From the NCBI GenBank assembly GCA_031266345.1, contig JAISBD010000009.1:3510-67509 (forward strand): a DNA stretch of 64,000 bases. Direction: 5' to 3'. Shown piece after piece: positions 39,201 through 46,764 of the stretch. The notes below the pieces were generated by a model, which was not told the DNA's origin, searched no databases, and worked only from the letters and a program-made list of their open reading frames with translations. How positions within the stretch are numbered: position 1 is the first letter of the stretch; each line of letters opens with the position of its first letter. Position numbers and translations under genes: made by a program. This DNA comes from Puniceicoccales bacterium. GTDB taxonomy: Bacteria > Verrucomicrobiota > Verrucomicrobiia > Opitutales > JAIRKQ01.

Positions 39201-39356
39201 TCGAGGATGTCGCTGGGATTATCGATCATCGGCGGGCTAGTAGTCTCCCAAGTCATCACCCTATACATCACGCCGGTCATATATCTCTACCTTGAAGATT
39301 TTCAGGAAAAAGTTCTTGATAAAATTCCATTTTTTGCGAGAGAACTTAGGGAATAA
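36237..39356 (+). CDS. RND (HAE1/AcrB-type) inner-membrane efflux transporter
   Basis: 1039 aa. Starts IRRPVFTMLLTLSAII, with 12-TM organisation and two large periplasmic loops, plus a GFLVDDAIVFLEN motif. Confidence 0.93.
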   Translation: MASISEPFIRRPVFTMLLTLSAIIGGIFCYARLPVSDLPNIDYPVIQVSATYPGMDPEMMAANVASPLEKEFMKIQGLDMVTSRSLQGSTSLVLQFDLNKNIDGAAMDVQAAITRASAQLPVGMPAPPIFNKTDPNSKPIYYLALTSDTLTRGELYDYAIDEIAQSISILDGVSNVNVYGIPRAVTIEVNSKKLYNRGLTLDDITGAIQGGTVSLAAGRFKGENTSLTIKPSGQLKNASDYLNLVIANRDGTPVYLKDVASCMEKLELTTLSNRLWTKSSGRSYKSNVVVAVTRAAGANSVELSKRIDELIPKLEQHMPGSIKMMKMYDRSEVIIESINDVKMTLLIAFALVILVIFLFLGRIRETVIPLVAMPLSLLITFIAMRIFGFNLDNLSLMALTLSIGFLVDDAIVFLENMIRRMEDFGESPLTASLNGAKEISFSILSMTLSLAAVFIPLIFMSGQLGRVFREFSVTIIVAILASGLVSLTLTPMMCARLLKPIKKNERTKFEIASQKLEGKFLKFYGRSLDWFLEHKFLSMVIWGCCLAGTYFAFSALPKTFLPVGDSGVVTGIFVTQEGTSSDAMRTSQELIENALTKNPYVDQFMSVIGVPLFLTDNQGFVLAFLTKGKRPNIQDVVRMSAGDLHMIPGVFTAVRPAPSLEIGSGTVGSMQGKYAYILSSMDTEILYKTAGELAKILSSNPGFARVSTDIYVNSPQASVEYLRSQAYGYGVSPYAMENTFKQAFSENFCYQIKDGTHQYKVIVSLASGDRQRVEDFNGLYFRGAMGELVPFPSVATYRETLGPLSINHTNNFPSATIFFDLKDDYPVGEATKFLEQAAKKMLPSNIMASLEGEAKTFQESVHSLVTLLFVAVFVMYVILGIMYESYIHPITVLSALPVAVVGGLLTLLLFRMELSLYGYIGLFMLIGIVKKNGILVIDFAIARQREGMDTVKAIRTACMERFRPIIMTTLAALMGQLPIAVGIGADGASRMSLGLSIIGGLVVSQVITLYITPVIYLYLEDFQEKVLDKIPFFARELRE

Positions 39357-40535
39357 ATGTTACCCTGCATCCTTGTAGTCGACGACGAAAAAAATACGCG
39401 CGATACCCTGACTCAACTTTTTGACTCGGAGTATGAGTCTTTTAGTGCCGCTAATTTTGACGAAGCGGTAAATTTGCTGAAAAATGAGCGCTTCGACGTT
39501 GTTCTGACCGATTTGCGCATGCAGGGCAAGACCGGCATGCTGCTTTTAGATGAGATAAACAAGCTGCCGCGCAAGCCTGTTTGCATAATGATGAGTGCCT
39601 ACGGCAACATAGAAACGGCGGTGGATGCGTTGAAACATGGGGCCTTTGATTTCGTGACGAAGCCCATCGACTTCGAGCGGCTAAATGTCCTAGTGAGGCG
39701 TGCGATCAGCGCAAAAGTAACGGCAAAGGATGCAAAAAATTTAACCAAAAATAGGCCAACCGCCCCAGCCTCCATAGTTGGGTCTTCGGAAAGCTTGCGC
39801 CGCGCCCTAGAACTCATAAAAAAAATTGCACCGACCAGGGCGAATGTGCTATTCGAAGGCGAAACCGGCACGGGGAAGGAGCTTTTTGCCAGCGCAGTTC
39901 ACAGCAACAGCGACCGCCACAATGGCCCATTTGTGGCCATACATTGCGCAGCTCTACCTAAAAATTTGCTCGAAAGCGAATTATTTGGTCACGAGAAGGG
40001 GGCTTTCACGGGGGCGGATTCCAGGCATCTCGGCTTCTTCGAGCGCGCCAATGGGGGCACCGTTTTTCTCGATGAAATAGGCGAAATCGACCTGGATACG
40101 CAGGTGAAGCTGCTGCGCTTTTTGGAGACAAGAAAATTTCTCCGGATCGGGGGAACCGTCGAAGTAGCCGTGGACATCAGGATTGTGTGCGCCACAAATC
40201 GTGACCTCGCCCAATTAGTCAGCGAAGGAAAATTCCGCGAAGATTTATTCTACCGATTAAACGTCATAAAAATACGCATCCCTGCCCTGCGGGAGCGCAG
40301 AAGCGATATCCCCGAACTCCTGTCCTTCTATGTGCAGAAGTTCTGCGATGACAACAACTTGTCCGCTCCCAAACTATCCCCGGAGGTGATGCACATTTTG
40401 ATGGCCTACAGGTGGCCGGGCAATATTCGAGAGCTGCGCAATTTTTGCGAAAGTACCGTCATTTTGCACAGTGGTAGCGCAGTCACGGCCGGAGACATCG
40501 ACCAAAAATTTTTGCACGGCGACCTGAGTGAATAG
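39357..40535 (+). CDS. sigma54-dependent response regulator (REC + AAA+), no C-terminal HTH domain
   Basis: REC: ILVVDDEKNTRD...VVLTDLRMQG. AAA+: GETGTGKE, GHEKGAFTGA (GAFTGA), GGTVFLDEIGE, WPGNIRELRN. The protein ends about 35 aa after the last AAA+ motif. Its ATG directly follows the RND stop (TAAATG). Confidence 0.88.
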   Translation: MLPCILVVDDEKNTRDTLTQLFDSEYESFSAANFDEAVNLLKNERFDVVLTDLRMQGKTGMLLLDEINKLPRKPVCIMMSAYGNIETAVDALKHGAFDFVTKPIDFERLNVLVRRAISAKVTAKDAKNLTKNRPTAPASIVGSSESLRRALELIKKIAPTRANVLFEGETGTGKELFASAVHSNSDRHNGPFVAIHCAALPKNLLESELFGHEKGAFTGADSRHLGFFERANGGTVFLDEIGEIDLDTQVKLLRFLETRKFLRIGGTVEVAVDIRIVCATNRDLAQLVSEGKFREDLFYRLNVIKIRIPALRERRSDIPELLSFYVQKFCDDNNLSAPKLSPEVMHILMAYRWPGNIRELRNFCESTVILHSGSAVTAGDIDQKFLHGDLSE

Positions 40536-40538
40536 GCA

Positions 40539-42125
40539 TCAATGGGCAATGAGCGAAACCCCCGCCATTTCCTGCGGCTGTGGGAGGCCCATCATTTCCA
40601 GCAACGTGGGGGCGATATCGGCCAAGCAGCCGGTCTCTCGCAGCTTCAGGGAGCTAACTTTTGTCCCATAGAGCACCACTTCAACGGGATTCGCTGTGTG
40701 CTGCGTATGTGGCTGCCCACTATCTCCATCCACCATGCACTCCAGGTTCCCGTGGTCAGCGGTGACCAACGCGGAACCATTTACCCCATCCAGGCACAGG
40801 AGGATTTCCCCGATGCATCCATCGACGACCTCGGCTGCCCTGATCGCCGCCTGCAAATTCCCCGTATGTCCAACCATGTCCGGATTGGCAAAATTTGCGA
40901 CCACGAGGGAATATTTTTTACTCAAAATCGCCTCCTTGACGGCATCTCTCACCGCAAAAGCACTCATTTCCGGCTTCTCATCGTAGGTCTCAATGTCGCG
41001 TGGACTGGGAATAAGCAGCCGTTCTTCGCCAAAAAATGGCTCTTCCCGGTAATCATTGAAAAAAAATGTGACGTGGGCATACTTCTCCGTCTCCGCACAT
41101 CGGAATTGTTTCAAGCCGCGGGAACTGACGTACTCGCCCAAAATATTTTTCATCTTTGCTGGGCGCTGAAAGATGACATTTTTTACCAAACCTGCTTCAT
41201 ATTCAGTAAAAGTAGCGTAGTAGAGGGGGGAAATTTTTTCGCGGGTGAACTCGCTGAAATTTTCATCGACAAAGGCACGGGTCAGCTCCCGCGGGCGGTC
41301 CCCGCGAAAGTTGAAAAATATCACGCTATCCCCGCCCGCAATCTTCCCTTCAAATTCGCCCGCAGCTGAAATTATCCTAGTCGGCGGAATGAATTCATCG
41401 CCAATCATCGCCCCATCCGCGGGCGAATCGTAGTAGTTGCGGATGGCCAATTGCGGCGACACAGCTTCCCCACACTCCCCGATACCGGTCAGGCAATCAT
41501 AGGCTCGCTTGATTCTATTCCAGCGCTTATCCCGATCCATGGCAAAAAATCGCCCCATAGTGGTGCCGATCTTTCCAACGCCAATCTCGGCACACTTGCT
41601 TTCAATTTGGGATAAAAAATCGATGCCACTTTTCTGCGGCGTATCCCGCCCATCGGCAAAGAAATGGACATATACCTCCCCCAGGCCTGCATTTTTTGCG
41701 CAGCGGAGCAGGGCATAGATGTGCCTTAGCACCGAGTGCACCCCGCCATCGGAACACAGCCCGAGTAGGTGTAACTTCGAACGATGTCGCCGCACATTGG
41801 CAAAGGCATCAGCGATGACCCCATTCCTCTCAAATGAGCCATCGGCGATGGATTTATCGATCCGAACAATTTCCTGGTTAACGATGCGACCAGCGCCAAT
41901 ATTTTGATGTCCCACCTCACTGTTTCCCACCACCCCTTCCGGCAGCCCAACCGGCAGCCCGGAAGCGACGATTTCGGTGCGCGGATAATTTTTACTTAAA
42001 TTATTTGAGAAGTTCACATTGGCGAGCTTGAGGGCATTCACCCCATCCTGGGCGGGGTTGTGGTTTTCTCCCCAGCCATCGCGAATTATCAAAACAACGG
42101 GCTCAATAGCGCTATCCATGGCCAT
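40539..42125 (-). CDS. gpmI: 2,3-bisphosphoglycerate-independent phosphoglycerate mutase
   Basis: LIIRDGWGEN, SDGGVHS, ADHGN motifs. I moved the start to M33 of the track ORF (MAMDSAIEP...), which removes the overlap with the upstream permease. Confidence 0.92.
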   Translation of the reverse strand: MAMDSAIEPVVLIIRDGWGENHNPAQDGVNALKLANVNFSNNLSKNYPRTEIVASGLPVGLPEGVVGNSEVGHQNIGAGRIVNQEIVRIDKSIADGSFERNGVIADAFANVRRHRSKLHLLGLCSDGGVHSVLRHIYALLRCAKNAGLGEVYVHFFADGRDTPQKSGIDFLSQIESKCAEIGVGKIGTTMGRFFAMDRDKRWNRIKRAYDCLTGIGECGEAVSPQLAIRNYYDSPADGAMIGDEFIPPTRIISAAGEFEGKIAGGDSVIFFNFRGDRPRELTRAFVDENFSEFTREKISPLYYATFTEYEAGLVKNVIFQRPAKMKNILGEYVSSRGLKQFRCAETEKYAHVTFFFNDYREEPFFGEERLLIPSPRDIETYDEKPEMSAFAVRDAVKEAILSKKYSLVVANFANPDMVGHTGNLQAAIRAAEVVDGCIGEILLCLDGVNGSALVTADHGNLECMVDGDSGQPHTQHTANPVEVVLYGTKVSSLKLRETGCLADIAPTLLEMMGLPQPQEMAGVSLIAH

Positions 42126-42171
42126 AAATGTAATACTTCTTCGGCGAAACGGAAGAATTTTATTCCGAAAA

Positions 42172-43866
42172 TCATGCCCGGAAAATGGCACCAAAGTTTT
42201 TTCCCATAAAAATGGACGCACCTATGATCGTCGTAGCTAGGAACGCCATTGACCACACCCCCAGTGCGCAGGCCAAAAATGGGCCATCGCCGAATAAATT
42301 CATCAACTCATATATCGCCTTCGTTATGGGATAAAACTGTTGCTTCTGTGCCAAAATAAGCGAATCCGAAACCTCAAGCATGGTCTGCGAAAATACTAGG
42401 AGCCCGCCCGCCAATAGATTCGAAATAATTAGGGGAAAAGTTATGACGACGCTCGCCTTAAGCGGGGGACAGCCAAGATTTTGCGCGGCCTCCTCGTAGG
42501 TGTAGCTCATCTGCTGCAACCCAGCCACCGCTGAACGTACCATGAATGGGAGCTTTCTCACGGAATAGGAAAGCACCAGCAGTGTGGTCGGATTTTCGAC
42601 GGGGTTCAAAAATTCGAAGATGCGCCCTTTCTGGCTCATTGCAAGGTAGCCGAATGCCATGACTAGCCCCGGGACAGCGAGCGGCAGCATGGCAATCGTG
42701 TCCAGAAGATTGCGCCCCCAAACCTTGGACCGAACAATGACAAATGCTATGGCAATCCCCAGCATCATCGCAACCAAAGTGGCAAAACATGAATAAACTA
42801 AACTATTTTTTATGGCGGGGATGGTCAGTGGATGCCCCAGGGTAATTTTGTAATTGGTTAGCGTCCAAATATTTGGCAAGATCGAATTATACCAGTCACC
42901 GGCAAAAGATGTGATGGCGACGGATAGGTGGGGTAGCACCGCTATGAAAGTTATCCCAACGAATAGTAGGCAACAGAGAATTTTCCTGAAAATTCCAATC
43001 TTGTGCAGCGACGCACCGTGGGAAGCCTTCGCCATCATCGGATAATTCCGCCGGCCGGCCGCAATTTTTCCAATGAGGTAGAAGATGAGTGCCAGCGCCA
43101 GCACCACACTGACAAGTGCGTAGGGTACCGGCTGGTTCCCTATCTCTTTCAGGCCGTTATAGATCTGAACGGATACCACGCGGTTATAATCAAAAATCAG
43201 TGGGACGCCGAGCTCCGTAAATGCCCATATGAAAACGAGGGTCGAGCCGGCAAATACGCCGGAGCGAATCAGCGGAAATGTTATTTTAAAGTAGCGCCGC
43301 AGACCGTGGCAACCGAGATTCCCGGCAGCCTCCTCCATGGCGGGGTCGATGTTTGCCAAGGACGACAAGATGTTTAAATAGAGGATTGGGTAGAGGCTCA
43401 GCGCGTTTAATAGGCACATGCCCAAAAATTTGTAATCCCCTAGCCAGTCAATCAGGTGCGAGCCATCAATGACGCCGAATTTCAGCAAAATAAGATTGAT
43501 AACTCCCCTTGTGCCAAATATTTGCTGAATACCGATCGCCCCAACGAAGGGTGGCAACATGATGGGAAGCAGAACTATATTTGTAAAAATTTTCCTACCC
43601 GGAAATTGGTATCGGTCAGCGAAATAGGCCAGCGGCAAGGCAATGATCAGTGCCAAAGCCGTAGTGGCGATGCCGAGAAGAATGGAGTTAAGGATTCCGT
43701 GCAGATAGATGTGGCTATCGAAGACGGCGAGGATGTAAGCCAGCGTAAAATGGCCGTTGATGTCGACGAAACCACCTTTCAGCACTTGCCAAATCGGCCA
43801 GGCAAAAAACGCACTGAAAAATACAATGGTCAGAAAAAAAATCACATAGGCCAGGCGCTTGGTCAT
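42172..43866 (-). CDS. two-domain ABC transporter permease (iron(III)/thiamine FbpB/ThiP-like)
   Basis: 564 aa with about 12 TM segments and duplicated EAA-type loops (MEEAAGNLG..., YEEAAQNLG...). Confidence 0.8.
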   Translation of the reverse strand: MTKRLAYVIFFLTIVFFSAFFAWPIWQVLKGGFVDINGHFTLAYILAVFDSHIYLHGILNSILLGIATTALALIIALPLAYFADRYQFPGRKIFTNIVLLPIMLPPFVGAIGIQQIFGTRGVINLILLKFGVIDGSHLIDWLGDYKFLGMCLLNALSLYPILYLNILSSLANIDPAMEEAAGNLGCHGLRRYFKITFPLIRSGVFAGSTLVFIWAFTELGVPLIFDYNRVVSVQIYNGLKEIGNQPVPYALVSVVLALALIFYLIGKIAAGRRNYPMMAKASHGASLHKIGIFRKILCCLLFVGITFIAVLPHLSVAITSFAGDWYNSILPNIWTLTNYKITLGHPLTIPAIKNSLVYSCFATLVAMMLGIAIAFVIVRSKVWGRNLLDTIAMLPLAVPGLVMAFGYLAMSQKGRIFEFLNPVENPTTLLVLSYSVRKLPFMVRSAVAGLQQMSYTYEEAAQNLGCPPLKASVVITFPLIISNLLAGGLLVFSQTMLEVSDSLILAQKQQFYPITKAIYELMNLFGDGPFLACALGVWSMAFLATTIIGASIFMGKNFGAIFRA

Positions 43867-44333
43867 ACCGATCTATACAATAATCAAAACATAAATTTCC
43901 AGCTTTTTTTGCAATAAAACTTTGCCATAAACCAAGGCCGTCGGATTGCTCCAACGGCCCAATTATGTATGAACAATATCAGAATGTAATTAGGACATTT
44001 CCTATTTTCCTAAAAAATTAGGAACTTTTTATAAATTGAAAAATTTAATAGAATTCAAGCATAAACATCTTCCATGGGCAAAATAATTGTGCCGAATACA
44101 AAATGGGGTTGAAAAAAATAAAAAAGGAGGGAAGTAAAATAAAAACCCGCTACCATGGAACGGCGAACCATCTCCCATCTAATGCGATGGGAAATGGGAA
44201 ATTTTATGCCGCCCTTTGGATACTTTTGTCCCACGAAAAAATGTTCCATGGGATAAAAGCCGAAAATAGCCTTGTTTTGCCCGCGGAGAAGGGGAGCAAA
44301 AAATTTTTTAAAATTTGTGTAGACAGGGCGATT

Positions 44334-44380
44334 TTACTATATATGGTACAGTTTAGTTGAAATTTTACTACATATAGTTT
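44334..44380 (+). promoter_or_regulatory. two tandem NrdR boxes upstream of nrdD
   Basis: The boxes are ttaCTATATATGGtac (44334-44349) and ttaCTACATATAGttt (44365-44380). Both match the 16-bp palindromic NrdR-box consensus acaCwAtATaTwGtgt. Their starts are 31 nt apart, and the second ends 30 nt before the nrdD ATG. Confidence 0.75.
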
Positions 44381-44409
44381 TTTGACGCAAAATATTCGTT
44401 ATCATTTTT

Positions 44410-46566
44410 ATGGAGAATTTTATGAAAGAACCGTCACCCGATAAAAAGTCAGCGATGCAGCTGGCGCGCCTGCCCCACGAAGTTGTGTTGCATAGCCAAA
44501 TTTACCAAATGCTCTTTGAAGTCGGTAAAGCTACGAAGGAGTATGATTCCGATGTCGCCTGGCAGCTAGCCCGCGAAGTGATTTCTAAGACTTGGGAGCA
44601 GTGCCCGGATGGCAGTCCCACCATCGAGCAAATCGAGGATTTCATCGAGCAAGCATTGATGCTGTCGAAATACCACGCCACCGCCAGAACTTTTATCCTG
44701 GCACGCGACCGTAGAAATCGGTCACCGGAAATCGCTGCCAAAGCTGAAATTGCTCGGGTGAATCAGTATATTTCCCGGGCCGACTGGGAAGTGAAGGAGA
44801 ACAGCAACATGAGCTACTCCCTGCAGGGATTGAATCACTACTTATCCGGCGCACTGAGCCAGACATATTGGCTGAATAGCGTTTATCCGGTGCGGATCCG
44901 CAATGCCCATGAATCCGGCGATTTCCACATCCATGATTTGACGCAATTATCGGTGTACTGCGTCGGCTGGGATTTGGCCGACCTGCTGCGCGAAGGCTTT
45001 TGCGGCGTATCGGGGAAGATAGAGGCCCACCCACCCAAGCACCTGCGCACGGCATTGGGGCAGATTGTCAACTTTTTCTACACCCTGCAGGGGGAAGCGG
45101 CCGGAGCACAGGCATTTTCAAATTTCGATACCATACTGGCGCCTTTCATCAGGTTCGATGGGCTCTCCTTTAATCAGGTCAAGCAATCCCTCCAAGAGTT
45201 CATGTTCAACATAAATATTCCGACGCGGGTGGGCTTTCAAACGCCTTTTACTAATATTACCCTGGATCTGTTTTGTCCAAAGCACTTCGCCAACGAATCG
45301 GTCATAATAGGTGGCGAAATCATGAGGGATAAGTATGGCGATTTTCAGCGGGAGATGGATATTTTTAACCGGGCGCTGTTTGAGGTCATGACGGAGGGGG
45401 ATGCCCGCGGCAGGATAATGACGTTTCCCATCCCCACGATCAATCTCACAAAGGATTTCGACTGGGATAATCCCAACCTCGACGGCCTATGGGAGATGAC
45501 GGGCAAGTATGGGATCCCATATTTTTCAAACTTTATCAACTCCGACATGAGCCCGGAGGATGCCCGCTCCATGTGCTGCCGCCTGCGCATCGATAATACG
45601 CAGCTGAAAAAGCGCGGCGGCGGGCTATTCGGAGCAAACCCGCTGACGGGCAGCGTTGGCGTCGTAACCATTAATCTACCTAGAATTGGGTTTCTGGCGA
45701 AGTCGAAAAGCGAATTCTTGGCACGCCTGGCCGCATTGATGGAACTGGCAAGCGAGAGCCTCGAAATCAAGCGGGAACTCCTGGAAAAGCTCACCTCGTC
45801 GAACCTCTACCCCTACACCACCTTCTACTTAAAGGATACTAAGAGGCGCTTCGGAAAGTATTGGGAAAACCACTTTTCCACGATCGGACTCGTCGGCATG
45901 AATGAGGCCTGCTTGAACTTCCTGGGGAAGGACATAACGAGTGCCGAAGGGAAGGAGTTCGCTTTGGAAGTGCTCGATTTCATGCGCAGCAAAATCATGG
46001 ACTTCCAGACGGCTACCGGCAATCTGTATAACCTCGAAGCAACGCCGGCGGAAGGGACATCTTTCCGCTTGGCAAGGAAGGATAAGTCGCGGTTCAAGGA
46101 CTCAATCCTGGCAGCCAATGAGAAGGAACAGCGGAGCGAGGGCGATGTTCCATTCTACACAAATTCCATCCACGTGCCCGTCAATTATACGGAGGACCTA
46201 TTCGCCGTGCTCGACCACCAGGATGAATTACAAACTAAGTTTACCGGTGGAACGGTGGTGCATCTGTTCCTAGGTGAGCGCGTTTCGGATAGGAATGTGG
46301 TCAAGGCGCTTGTTAGGAAGATTGCGCAGGATTATAAGCTGCCCTACTATTCCCTGACGCCGACATTTTCGGTTTGCCCAGACCACGGCTATTTAGTGGG
46401 CGAGCAGGGAACTTGCCCCCATTGCGGCAAGCGCACGGAAATATATTCCCGCATCGTCGGCTACATCCGCCCGGTGCAACAGTGGAATGACGGCAAGCAA
46501 GCCGAGTTCAAGCTGCGCTCAAATCTGTGCTTCAATGGCACATGTCCCTGCGCTCAAGCAAGTTAA
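44410..46566 (+). CDS. nrdD: anaerobic ribonucleoside-triphosphate reductase (class III, NrdD)
   Basis: C-terminal Zn site CPDHGY...CPHCG followed by the glycyl-radical motif SRIVGYIRPV; 718 aa. GGAGA lies 5 nt before the second ATG (44422), so the true start may be 44422. Confidence 0.9.
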   Translation: MENFMKEPSPDKKSAMQLARLPHEVVLHSQIYQMLFEVGKATKEYDSDVAWQLAREVISKTWEQCPDGSPTIEQIEDFIEQALMLSKYHATARTFILARDRRNRSPEIAAKAEIARVNQYISRADWEVKENSNMSYSLQGLNHYLSGALSQTYWLNSVYPVRIRNAHESGDFHIHDLTQLSVYCVGWDLADLLREGFCGVSGKIEAHPPKHLRTALGQIVNFFYTLQGEAAGAQAFSNFDTILAPFIRFDGLSFNQVKQSLQEFMFNINIPTRVGFQTPFTNITLDLFCPKHFANESVIIGGEIMRDKYGDFQREMDIFNRALFEVMTEGDARGRIMTFPIPTINLTKDFDWDNPNLDGLWEMTGKYGIPYFSNFINSDMSPEDARSMCCRLRIDNTQLKKRGGGLFGANPLTGSVGVVTINLPRIGFLAKSKSEFLARLAALMELASESLEIKRELLEKLTSSNLYPYTTFYLKDTKRRFGKYWENHFSTIGLVGMNEACLNFLGKDITSAEGKEFALEVLDFMRSKIMDFQTATGNLYNLEATPAEGTSFRLARKDKSRFKDSILAANEKEQRSEGDVPFYTNSIHVPVNYTEDLFAVLDHQDELQTKFTGGTVVHLFLGERVSDRNVVKALVRKIAQDYKLPYYSLTPTFSVCPDHGYLVGEQGTCPHCGKRTEIYSRIVGYIRPVQQWNDGKQAEFKLRSNLCFNGTCPCAQAS

Positions 46567-46601
46567 AATGCATTGCATTGGAGACATTGCACTAAGATGT
46601 T

Positions 46602-46695
46602 GCAGCCCATGGTGCCGGGTAATATGGCACTGCGGGCTGCCCTAGGGAAGAGGCGCAACTTACTGGCCTGCAATAAATTGCCAGTAAGTTGCGCC
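46602..46695 (+). terminator. two consecutive strong hairpins in the nrdD to RNR-alpha-like intergenic region
   Basis: Hairpin 1 (46602-46640): gcagccc/gggctgc outer stem plus gtgcc/ggcac inner stem. Hairpin 2 (46652-46695): a perfect 16-bp stem ggcgcaacttactggc/gccagtaagttgcgcc with a 12-nt loop. Neither has an adjacent U-tract (gtgggggagggattttt follows). Confidence 0.45.
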
Positions 46696-46764
46696 GTGGG
46701 GGAGGGATTTTTAGCGGTAAATGTTGACTGGGAGCGGGGAGAAGTTTAATCAATTAGGATAATC

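Noticed and set aside
42126-42221. N-terminal extension of gpmI in the track (MRPFLWEKTLVPFSGHDF...) that overlaps the ABC permease 3' end by 50 nt.
   Set aside because: The conserved iPGM N-terminus begins at MAMDSAIEPVVLIIRDGWG. The extension has no homology pattern and would create an unlikely overlap.
43867-44409. TPP or cobalamin riboswitch in the long AT-rich intergenic region, and the small ORFs 44103-44360 (+) and 44055-44249 (-).
   Set aside because: There is no CUGAGA/ACCCUUUGAACCUGAUCUGG-type TPP core and no B12-box. The small ORFs lack an RBS, are Lys-rich translations of AT-rich DNA, and overlap the inverted-repeat element.
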